Shown here: positions 1 to 6,140 of the stretch, one piece after another
Layout of the letters: the number at the start of each line of letters is the position of its first letter
Position numbering within the stretch: the first letter of the stretch is position 1
Source of the DNA: a virus
Taxonomy: Duplodnaviria > Heunggongvirae > Uroviricota > Caudoviricetes
Direction: 5' to 3' (one strand)
Length of the DNA stretch: 6,425 bases
IMG/VR virus record: IMGVR_UViG_2713896904_000003
Coordinates: 1 to 6,425 of that record
Translations under genes and position numbers: made by a program
Notes under the pieces: generated by a model
Databases searched by the model: none
Told to the model about the DNA's origin: nothing
What the model saw: only the letters and a program-made list of their open reading frames with translations

Positions 1-521
1 GTGACAGACGGCACAACAGGCTTCGGTAATCTCAGTGCCTTACGGGCAGCACTTTCCGGTAAGGCATCCGCCAGGTCATTACGAATCAGCCACCAGCACA
101 GTTCCGGCATTGTCACAACGTGACTATCATCAAAACCGAGATCCCGACGCACAACAGACAACACCCAGCGGGCACAGTTATCCGTTGCCATTGATTCCAG
201 CCGTTCCGTGAACTGATCGCGCAGCTGGTTATCGCAGTGCCAGCACAGACGGATTGCGCCCGGAGCGTGTCGCATTGTGGTCATGTTCTCGCTGTGCCAG
301 TCGGAATGAGGCCACTGGCAGCCTTTTTCACGAAGTAACCAGCTTTCAAGACATTCCACGCCACCAGCACGACGGATCACTGCCTCATTGCGGAACACGG
401 CCCGAACGGCAGGATCATCCGCCAGCGGTTGTGATGCCGCCGGAACGGCACCACTGGCGAAAGATGAATAACGTTCTGGCTCAGGCTCCAGCAGGACACG
501 CCCCTGCATAAACAGGGGCAT
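1..521 (-). CDS. DUF968-like prophage nin-region protein, 3' end beyond window; start uncertain (ATG at 521, 509 or 557)
   Basis: Minus-strand frame is open from 623 to position 1 with no stop; my translation from ATG 521 gives MPLFMQGRVLLEPEPERYSS...RLCWHCDNQL...ELCWWLIRNDL. Absent from the ORF track, presumably because it has no stop in the window. Cys/His/Trp-rich pattern and position after a KilA-N gene recall the DUF968/YdfU family; family name is from memory. No strong SD at any candidate start. Confidence 0.55.
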   Translation of the reverse strand, partial: MPLFMQGRVLLEPEPERYSSFASGAVPAASQPLADDPAVRAVFRNEAVIRRAGGVECLESWLLREKGCQWPHSDWHSENMTTMRHAPGAIRLCWHCDNQLRDQFTERLESMATDNCARWVLSVVRRDLGFDDSHVVTMPELCWWLIRNDLADALPESAARKALRLPKPVVPSV

Positions 522-600
522 CAACTCTGAACCTGGCCTGAACAATACGATCCCCATACGCGGGGCAATTTCAGGGGTCAGTAGTGCTCTCACGGTCACC

Positions 601-1428
601 TCAATGAACGGTATCGAGCAGCTTTAACAGCTCAGGGAATCGGGATTCGAAGAAATGCGGCTGCGTCTCGCGCGGATTTGCGGGACTGGTGATGTTCTTG
701 CCGAACATGCAGCCTTTCGCCGTCAGCGACCAGAATTTTTTGATGTTGTTAATCGCAGTGCGGCTGTATCGTTCACGTTGTTCAACGATCCCCAGCTTCG
801 CCATCTGGTGATATGCCTGATTAGCTGTCAGGCGGATACCATACTGCTTCAGCAGTGCACTCAGTGACAGCGTGGGGCGGCTTGAGCCATCAGGCGCGTC
901 AGCAGAGCGCGGTGCCAGATTCGGTAAGCCAACAGCTTCCTGGAGTTTCTGACAGGCACCAAGCACTGATGAGTTAGACAGATTTAACTCCCGGCGCATA
1001 AAGTCCAGCAGAATCACGCCAGCCTGCATCTTGTCAGCAGCCTGCCCGGATAATTTTTCCGGTGTGCTGGTTACCATGTCGAAAGTACGGATCACCTTCA
1101 GATGGAATGACGGGCTGATCCACATTGCATAGGCATACACCAGTTCCTTACAGACATATGTTCCGCCATTCCGCCCTTCTATTTTACTGACAGGTTTACT
1201 ACCCAAATTTTGGGTAGTTTCATTGAATGAACCGACACCCAGATTTTGGGTATCGATCAATTCCTGAACCAGCTCAGTAATCTGTTGGCTAGAAAGAAAC
1301 TTTCCCGGCTCCTTGGTTCTGGCATTTGCACCAGATGCTACTGCTGCGCGATGCAGATCGTTCAGGCTGTAACGCCCATAAGCATCACGACGAACTTCAA
1401 TACCATCAATGACCATCAGATTATTCAT
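601..1428 (-). CDS. KilA-N domain protein (275 aa) with uncharacterised C-terminal half
   Basis: N-terminus MNNLMVIDGIEVRRDAYGRYSLNDLHRAA... with ...YVCKELVYAYAMWISPSFHLKVIRTF is a typical KilA-N pattern. I place the start at ATG 1428 (AGAGGAGAAA SD 9 nt upstream) rather than the track's 1461, which would overlap the RusA 3' end. Confidence 0.75.
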   Translation of the reverse strand: MNNLMVIDGIEVRRDAYGRYSLNDLHRAAVASGANARTKEPGKFLSSQQITELVQELIDTQNLGVGSFNETTQNLGSKPVSKIEGRNGGTYVCKELVYAYAMWISPSFHLKVIRTFDMVTSTPEKLSGQAADKMQAGVILLDFMRRELNLSNSSVLGACQKLQEAVGLPNLAPRSADAPDGSSRPTLSLSALLKQYGIRLTANQAYHQMAKLGIVEQRERYSRTAINNIKKFWSLTAKGCMFGKNITSPANPRETQPHFFESRFPELLKLLDTVH

Positions 1429-1447
1429 ACTTCGTTTCTCCTCTTGA

Positions 1448-1837
1448 TCAGGCAGCTGCACCCGCCGTTTTCTCGTACTTACTGATAGTGATCTCGACCT
1501 TCCCTTCCGGGATAACCGGTCCCCATTCCACCAGCATTCTTTTCACCTGACTGTCGTCTTCCCACACCCCCGCGTGGGTCAGGGCGTCAAACAGCGCCTT
1601 GTTATAGTTGTCCAGATCGCGGATCCTGTTATCCGGAGGAAACAACACGATCTCCACTGAAGCAGGTGCCGACGTTGGTTTCGGCAGACGACGTAACTGT
1701 TCAACTATTGCTGCGCACGCCGCGCTCTGAAATTTTCGCCCCGCCGCGCTTATCAGGCTCTTACCTGCAAACGCCCCTTTGTTGGGGTGTCGCCAGTACG
1801 TGTTCACGCTGGGCGGAAAAGGCAGGATAAGCTTCAT
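1448..1837 (-). CDS. rusA: RusA-type Holliday junction resolvase (crossover junction endodeoxyribonuclease)
   Basis: 129 aa; PFPPSVNTYWRH near the N-terminus, catalytic-type acidic motifs RDLDNYNKALFDAL and WEDDSQV; clear resemblance to E. coli RusA. ATG at 1837-1835 overlaps the upstream stop as ATGA. Confidence 0.9.
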   Translation of the reverse strand: MKLILPFPPSVNTYWRHPNKGAFAGKSLISAAGRKFQSAACAAIVEQLRRLPKPTSAPASVEIVLFPPDNRIRDLDNYNKALFDALTHAGVWEDDSQVKRMLVEWGPVIPEGKVEITISKYEKTAGAAA

Positions 1838-2160
1838 ACTTTCAAGCCCCTCTCATGTAACCAGTGAGTTGCACGCAGCCTGGCGTTTTCCTCACCGGCA
1901 AGCAGTGCGCGGATAATCCCGACCGTCTCGCTGTCGTCGTCCTTCACTGCGGTATGAAGCGTTATCCCCCGGGCCACGCCACGCTTTATTGTGATGACGC
2001 CTTTTTTCTCCAGTGCGCGAAGATGCTCCACCGCTGCATTCACCGAACGGTATCCCAGCATGGTTGCCACCTCCTGATTGGTTGGCGGGAAGCCACGTTC
2101 TTTCTGGTAAGAAATCAGCATATCCAGCACCTGCTGCTGGCATTGAGTTAACGTCGTCAT
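1834..2160 (-). CDS. LexA N-terminal DNA-binding (winged-helix) domain protein lacking the S24 peptidase domain (108 aa)
   Basis: MTTLTQCQQQVLDMLISYQKERGFPPTNQEVATMLGYRSVNAAVEHLRALEKKGVITIKRGVARGITL aligns by eye with the LexA N-terminal domain ([58 protein letters not shown]...). Start at ATG 2160 is preceded by GTGGGGG and forms a TAATG overlap with the upstream stop; the track's start at 2193 is an in-frame alternative. Confidence 0.7.
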   Translation of the reverse strand: MTTLTQCQQQVLDMLISYQKERGFPPTNQEVATMLGYRSVNAAVEHLRALEKKGVITIKRGVARGITLHTAVKDDDSETVGIIRALLAGEENARLRATHWLHERGLKV

Positions 2161-2639
2161 TAAGCCCCCACGTAATTGCCTGGCAGATACCACTCTTCAC
2201 CCGATGCCACGCACCTTTTACTTTTGCGTACACACCGCTCACGGCGCGCCAGAAAATTGTTTCGTTCTGACTGGGAGTGGCTTTCACGGAATGCCTCCAT
2301 CCACACCGTTGCAGCACGACGAAATAAACCTCTTGACTCCAGATCTTCTGCCTGCTGAATCAGGCGCAAAATCACCCGCTGATCATTAGTGCCGACGTAG
2401 CTTTTACTGGCCACACTCATATGCTTCAGCACCGGCTCAGGTGGCAACACAGCCTTGCGAGAAAAATGCCGGTGTGTTTTGCCTTCACTGCGATAAGCGA
2501 CACGTCTGCACTGGCGTAACTTACTGGTCGTATTCAGTACACGGGGACGTGGAAAGTATGCAAACGCGTTCGCAATATCACCGGTCGTACATCCAGGATT
2601 GCTTTCAATGAATTTTTGAATCTCACTCATCAGGCTCAT
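2160..2639 (-). CDS. PerC-like transcriptional regulator with an N-terminal winged-helix-like extension (159 aa)
   Basis: C-terminal RLIQQAEDLESRGLFRRAATVWMEAFRESHSQSERNNFLARRERC matches the PerC-family pattern as I recall it (AE-LE-G-aromatic-RRAA-W). N-terminal MSEIQKFIESNPGCTTGDIANAF resembles a wHTH. Start at ATG 2639 with GGGGGTG SD; the track's longer ORF to 2717 is an upstream extension inside the O-like gene. Confidence 0.55.
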   Translation of the reverse strand: MSLMSEIQKFIESNPGCTTGDIANAFAYFPRPRVLNTTSKLRQCRRVAYRSEGKTHRHFSRKAVLPPEPVLKHMSVASKSYVGTNDQRVILRLIQQAEDLESRGLFRRAATVWMEAFRESHSQSERNNFLARRERCVRKSKRCVASGEEWYLPGNYVGA

Positions 2640-2641
2640 GA

Positions 2642-3448
2642 TCACCCCCTGAATCCTGCCGGGATCTGGCTGTAGTCCACATTGTTGTAACTGGCTTTGA
2701 AGTACGGGTCTTCGCATCTGGCCGCCGATACCGCAGGAACTTCCCAGGATTCTTCGAAATGACGATCCGGACCAAAGAACGTGACAGCCTGTTTCACAAA
2801 TTGTGTGCCGCTGTTACCCATCGCAGATACCCAGCCCGCGTAGCGTTTCACACCTTCCAGCATGGTTTCGGGGTTTACCCCCTCGTTCAAACGGGCTTTC
2901 CAGGCTTTGAAGGCCGCTGATTTTGAATTGCCACCAGCACGTTTGGGATATGCCAGCCATGCCTGCTCAAACTCCGGAGAGTATTCCGGTCGGTTTGAAC
3001 GAACTCGCACAGACTCATCAGCAGATGCACCAACAGCTATTGGTTCATTGACTGGTTCAAAAGAGTGACTGGTTCTGGGTGAATCTCCTGCACTACCCCC
3101 TGGTGCAACTCCTGCACTACCTGGTGAATTTGCTGCACCAGATAGTGAATTATTTGCACTACCCCCTAGTGAATCTCCTGCACCATCAAGATGAAGAAGA
3201 TAGATATTACTTGAGTTACCTTTTTCACCTTTCCTGGTGACTTTTTTTACCAGCCCGGACTCACAGAGGGCCGCAATATGATTCATCACAGAACGTTTGC
3301 TAATCTCGCACTGATCAGCGATATGCTGATAGCTGGGCCAGCACTCGCCCTGATCGCTGGCATTATCAGCCAGCTTAATCAGAACCAGTTTTCGCAATGG
3401 ATTTCCCACTCGAATTTTCATCGCTTTAACCATCAGCTCCATACTCAT
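2642..3448 (-). CDS. Lambda O-like replication initiator: N-terminal HTH, low-complexity linker encoded by iterons, C-terminal DnaT-like domain
   Basis: N-terminus KIRVGNPLRKLVLIKLADNASDQGECWPSYQHIADQCEISKRSVMNHIAALCESGLV is a replication-initiator-type HTH. The middle GGSANNSLSGAANSPGSAGVAPGGSAGDSP is encoded by direct DNA repeats. C-terminus EFEQAWLAYPKRAGGNSKSAAFKAWKARL. GGAGGT SD 5 nt before ATG 3448; ATGA overlap with the upstream gene. Confidence 0.75.
   Translation of the reverse strand: MSMELMVKAMKIRVGNPLRKLVLIKLADNASDQGECWPSYQHIADQCEISKRSVMNHIAALCESGLVKKVTRKGEKGNSSNIYLLHLDGAGDSLGGSANNSLSGAANSPGSAGVAPGGSAGDSPRTSHSFEPVNEPIAVGASADESVRVRSNRPEYSPEFEQAWLAYPKRAGGNSKSAAFKAWKARLNEGVNPETMLEGVKRYAGWVSAMGNSGTQFVKQAVTFFGPDRHFEESWEVPAVSAARCEDPYFKASYNNVDYSQIPAGFRG
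3079..3190. repeat. Five iteron-like direct repeats (putative origin of replication inside the initiator gene), flanked by an AT-rich tract at about 3188-3250
   Basis: Units start at 3079, 3103, 3124, 3145 and 3169 with 21-24 bp spacing: GTGAATCTCCTGCACTACCCCCTG / GTGCAACTCCTGCACTACCTG / GTGAATTTGCTGCACCAGATA / GTGAATTATTTGCACTACCCCCTA / GTGAATCTCCTGCACCATCAAG. Adjacent AT-rich stretch aagatgaagaagatagatattacttgagttacctttttcacc. Confidence 0.65.
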
Positions 3449-3681
3449 GCAGCACCTCCGAGATGCTTCATGTTTTTTCCGGAGCGAAAGGCTATAAGCG
3501 GCATACTGACGCGGTAATTACGGCCCAGCGGTTCACAAATCACTTTCTGACATTCACGGTCAACCAGGCTAACACGTAGAACATGCCCTGCAGGCGTGGT
3601 GTACCACTGCCCAACTGTAGGAATTGATGTTTTTTTACGCTGAAGTAAACGGCGAATATTGAGGCTCAACGGATTAAGCAT
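3445..3681 (-). CDS. Hypothetical small protein (78 aa), translationally coupled between the 278 aa gene and the O-like initiator
   Basis: Strong SD GGAGGG 7 nt before ATG 3681; its start overlaps the upstream stop and its stop overlaps the O-like ATG (ATGA). Basic N-terminus (NIRRLLQRKKTS). No family recognised. Confidence 0.55.
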   Translation of the reverse strand: MLNPLSLNIRRLLQRKKTSIPTVGQWYTTPAGHVLRVSLVDRECQKVICEPLGRNYRVSMPLIAFRSGKNMKHLGGAA

Positions 3682-4510
3682 GACGATGCCCTCCGCTGAT
3701 ATTCAGGAGACGGTGAATATGAAAATTAGCCTTATCCACCAAACGGATACGTTCAGCCTGCAAGTTAAGAAGGGTTTCTACCAGAACCTGATGCGCCTGC
3801 GGATCCGAAAGAGTTACCTTGCGCAGAGCACGTAGTGCAGTTGTTACATAACTGAGTTTATGTAAGTCTTCATCATTCAGACGAGTGAGGGCTGGGACAG
3901 TAGCCATGATGGCAGCCTCCTTGATCGGTGAAATACTTCCACCACCGGAAACGCCAATTTCGCTGGTGGTGAACTGAACGGGGTTGGCGTAACCGGTGAT
4001 CAAGGAAACCGGCGCATCTTTCGATGCCCCCGCCCAGCCCACCATAACTTTGATGTGAGCAAATGCGGACGATAAAAAAGACGCTGGCGCGTCATATATC
4101 GCCTTGATCAATTCCAGGACGCCAATCCCGGCACCCGCTTTATAAGGTGCCTGAACAGTGTAACGTCCCGGAATGGCAGAATCAATGTGCTGGTGGTCCT
4201 TCACACTCAACAAAATCACGCCTGAATTTCCACAAAGGACTAAAGCACTCATGCGGGTAGTCTTTGCGAAGATAGATAACGCGCTGTGTTTCTGGCTCCC
4301 AACGAATAACATGAACATAAAGTCCTCTTCCGTCACGAAACCAGCGGTTAAGTTCCTGCACAACTCGCCCCCCACAGTCAGGTAAAGTTCTCTGTGGTTA
4401 CTTACAGCCAGGTGATTTGGTAATCTGCATTCATGCCGTAACAACAGGTGTTCAGCGACGCTGACCACCAGCTGTTGCGACAAACGGTTATTTGCCGTTA
4501 AACTGTTCAT
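3674..4510 (-). CDS. Hypothetical protein (278 aa), possible Rossmann-like alpha/beta core; function unknown
   Basis: Long uninterrupted ORF; ATG 4510 overlaps the CII-like stop as ATGA. Alternating hydrophobic strands and Gly-rich loops (LVLCGNSGVILLSV, YKAGAGIGVLELIKAIYD, VSLITGYANP, EIGVSGGGSISPIKEAA) suggest a nucleotide-binding-type fold. No Walker A, macro, SIR2 or nucleotidyltransferase signature that I can confirm. Confidence 0.65.
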   Translation of the reverse strand: MNSLTANNRLSQQLVVSVAEHLLLRHECRLPNHLAVSNHRELYLTVGGELCRNLTAGFVTEEDFMFMLFVGSQKHSALSIFAKTTRMSALVLCGNSGVILLSVKDHQHIDSAIPGRYTVQAPYKAGAGIGVLELIKAIYDAPASFLSSAFAHIKVMVGWAGASKDAPVSLITGYANPVQFTTSEIGVSGGGSISPIKEAAIMATVPALTRLNDEDLHKLSYVTTALRALRKVTLSDPQAHQVLVETLLNLQAERIRLVDKANFHIHRLLNISGGHRHA

Positions 4511-5070
4511 GCGTTAGTTTCTCCACAGACACAAAACGCCACGACGCCCGGAGCTGCACACTCGCGGGCGTCACTCTTTTCTGGAGCGCAAAAGATTTTG
4601 TAGACCAGTGCTGCATGCTCCTGGAGCTTCGAAATTGACAGATACAACTCATCATTAATTGCTGTCTGCTCGTGTGGCTCCACTACCCCATCTTCGATTG
4701 CCGAACGAATCTGCTTTGAGTAACTCCCGATCTGTTCGATGACTTCCAGCAGGCGCTGGTTGATATCGGCGTTCTCTACTTCCTCAATTTCAGGAAGCGA
4801 TACAAACACCCCACCAGCAGACTGTGCGACAGCATCCGCAATGTAGTGAGTGCCAGCCGCGCGCTGTAAAATCATTGCCCATCCCAGCGGGAAAATCTGA
4901 TCGCCATCTGCACGAAGGCGGTTGAATAAAGCGTTCTCTGTTACATCCAGCCACTCAGCAGCTTCAGCGTAACCCCCCGGCAACGCCGCGATAGTTTTTC
5001 TGACAGCTTTCACGTACCACTCAGGCTGTTTTTCTACTTTCCAGTGATGCTTACCCACGGTTAGCCTCAT
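4507..5070 (-). CDS. CII-like early regulatory protein (phage regulatory protein CII/CP76-like); alternative GTG start at 5058
   Basis: Sits directly after the cro-like gene. HTH-like segment GGYAEAAEWLDVTENALFNRLR followed by a helical C-terminal region; architecture resembles CP76-family CII proteins as I recall them. ATG 5070 has a weak SD; GTG 5058 is preceded by GAGG. Confidence 0.5.
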   Translation of the reverse strand: MRLTVGKHHWKVEKQPEWYVKAVRKTIAALPGGYAEAAEWLDVTENALFNRLRADGDQIFPLGWAMILQRAAGTHYIADAVAQSAGGVFVSLPEIEEVENADINQRLLEVIEQIGSYSKQIRSAIEDGVVEPHEQTAINDELYLSISKLQEHAALVYKIFCAPEKSDARECAAPGVVAFCVCGETNA

Positions 5071-5101
5071 CGTTCTGTGGTTAAAAATTGAAGGTGTTCT
5101 G

Positions 5102-5302
5102 TTAATCTTTCGGATAGATATCCGGTCTTAAGTCAGATTTCGTAATTGCACCTGACGTGCATTGCTCAAGTTTTTTAGCCAGCACAAAACTGGCTTTTTT
5201 ATAACCATTGAAAACCAGCCGTAAGTAGCCTGGTGTTGAGCCAACTTTGCCAGCCAACTCGGCCTGCTGTTCTTTGGTTAAAGAGTCCCAATACGCTTTC
5301 AT
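5102..5302 (-). CDS. Cro-like small HTH regulator (66 aa)
   Basis: MKAYWDSLTKEQQAELAGKVGSTPGYLRLVFNGYKKASFVLAKKLEQCTSGAITKSDLRPDIYPKD; GGAGGT SD 9 nt before ATG 5302; divergent from the cI-like gene. The track's 167 aa ORF is an in-frame upstream extension that would run through the operator region and the cI start. Confidence 0.7.
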   Translation of the reverse strand: MKAYWDSLTKEQQAELAGKVGSTPGYLRLVFNGYKKASFVLAKKLEQCTSGAITKSDLRPDIYPKD

Positions 5303-5392
5303 ACAATATGTACCTCCGGTATACACATTACATGATTGAGATGAACCTTCAAGATACTTGTACCTTAACGGTACAAGGGTTTTAATTTCGTT
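5303..5392. promoter_or_regulatory. Divergent OR-like operator/promoter region between the cro-like and cI-like genes
   Basis: Perfect 21 bp palindrome CTTGTACCTTAACGGTACAAG (5357-5377) and imperfect dyad ATGTACC-tcc-GGTATACA (5308-5325) share the half-site TGTACC/GGTACA. Candidate PR on the minus strand: -35 TTGAAG (plus 5347-5352), 16 bp spacer, -10 TAATGT (plus 5325-5330). Candidate PRM on the plus strand: -35 TTGTAC (5358-5363), 17 bp spacer, -10 TTTAAT (5381-5386), which would start the cI mRNA at or near ATG 5393. Confidence 0.5.
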
Positions 5393-6067
5393 ATGAAAAC
5401 AGTCCATGACATCCGGCGGTCTAACGCCAGAAAACTGAGAGATGGTGTTGGCGGGAATTCTTCCTTTGCCACCATGATTGATCGCGAGCCAACCCAGACC
5501 AGCAGGTTTATGGGAGATGGTGCAACTAAAAATATCGGTGACAGCATGGCACGGCACATCGAAAAATGTTTCGACCTGCCTGTCGGATGGCTTGATCAAG
5601 AACACCAGACAACGAACATCACAAAAAAACCTGATGTTTCAATCACTAACAAACAAATAACGTTAGTCCCTGTCATATCATGGGTACAGGCCGGAGCATG
5701 GAAAGAAGTTGGCTATTCTGAGGTTGATTTGAGCACAGCAGAAACTTATCCCTGCCCTGTACCCTGTGGCGAAATGACTTATATCTTGCGGGTGATTGGT
5801 GATTCAATGATTGATGAATACCGCCCGGGAGATATGATTTTTGTTGATCCTGAAGTACCTGCCTGCCACGGTGACGACGTTATTGCATTGATGCACGATA
5901 CAGGTGAAACCACCTTTAAAAGGTTGATAGAAGACGGAACACAACGTTATCTCAAAGCATTAAACCCAAACTGGCCAGAGCCTTACATTAAGATCAACGG
6001 TAATTGTTCCATAATTGGTACTGTGATTTTCTCAGGAAAACCAAGGAGATACCATATTAAAGCCTAA
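5393..6067 (+). CDS. CI-like prophage repressor: N-terminal HTH plus C-terminal S24 (LexA-like) autopeptidase domain
   Basis: C-terminal region ILRVIGDSMIDEYRPGDMIFVDPE...TFKRLIEDGTQRYLKALNPNWPEPYIKINGNCSIIGTVIFS parallels lambda CI (GNSM...[40 protein letters not shown]). Ala-Gly in VQAGAW matches lambda's VQAGMF cleavage site; Ser in GDSM and Lys in FKRL form the dyad. Confidence 0.85.
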   Translation: MKTVHDIRRSNARKLRDGVGGNSSFATMIDREPTQTSRFMGDGATKNIGDSMARHIEKCFDLPVGWLDQEHQTTNITKKPDVSITNKQITLVPVISWVQAGAWKEVGYSEVDLSTAETYPCPVPCGEMTYILRVIGDSMIDEYRPGDMIFVDPEVPACHGDDVIALMHDTGETTFKRLIEDGTQRYLKALNPNWPEPYIKINGNCSIIGTVIFSGKPRRYHIKA

Positions 6068-6079
6068 TCAATATTTATG

Positions 6080-6103
6080 AACCTGCTTCGGCAGGTTTTT
6101 TTA
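6080..6103 (+). terminator. Rho-independent terminator downstream of the cI-like gene
   Basis: AACCTGC-TTCG-GCAGGTT stem-loop (7 bp stem) followed directly by a run of seven T. Confidence 0.6.
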
Positions 6104-6106
6104 TAC

Positions 6107-6140
6107 TTGACAATGTACCCTTGAGATACATAATGTACCC
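6107..6140 (+). promoter_or_regulatory. PL-like promoter with duplicated operator-like motif
   Basis: TTGACA (6107-6112), 16 bp spacer, CATAAT (6129-6134). Direct repeat AATGTACCC at 6112-6120 and 6132-6140 carries the same TGTACC core as the OR-region dyads. Confidence 0.45.

Noticed and set aside
254-511. 85 aa plus-strand ORF in the track
   Set aside because: Lies entirely antisense to the longer minus-strand DUF968-like frame, has no SD and no recognisable motif; most likely an antisense artefact.
655-867. 70 aa plus-strand ORF inside the KilA-N gene
   Set aside because: Antisense to a well-supported gene; no SD and no recognisable motif.
1246-1485. 79 aa plus-strand ORF spanning the KilA-N/RusA junction
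   Set aside because: Antisense overlap with two supported genes.
1864-2389. Cluster of overlapping alternative-frame ORFs (1864-2151 +, 1892-2317 -, 2013-2270 +, 2176-2358 +, 2204-2389 +)
   Set aside because: All overlap the better-supported LexA-like and PerC-like genes in other frames, with no SD or motif support.
2862-3068. 68 aa plus-strand ORF inside the O-like gene
   Set aside because: Antisense to the initiator gene.
3278-3517. 79 aa plus-strand ORF
   Set aside because: Antisense to the O-like gene start and the 78 aa gene.
4173-4385. 70 aa plus-strand ORF inside the 278 aa gene
   Set aside because: Antisense to a long coupled ORF; no start signal.
3674-4510. Macro-domain, SIR2 or nucleotidyltransferase assignment for the 278 aa protein
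   Set aside because: Individual Gly-rich motifs partly resemble these families, but the motif order and spacing do not match any of them; without a profile search I cannot support a family call.
5071-5101. nutR-like site between the cro-like and CII-like genes
   Set aside because: The intergenic gap is only 31 nt and contains no boxA-like CGCTCTT motif.
5303-5605. Upstream extension of the cro-like ORF to 167 aa (track ORF 5102-5605)
   Set aside because: The extension would read through the operator region and overlap the cI-like start; a GGAGGT SD precedes the internal ATG at 5302 and the 66 aa product matches Cro-like size.
5365-5660. Short ORFs 5365-5559 (-) and 5478-5660 (+) within the cI-like gene
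   Set aside because: Alternative-frame or antisense ORFs inside the strongly supported CI-like repressor gene.
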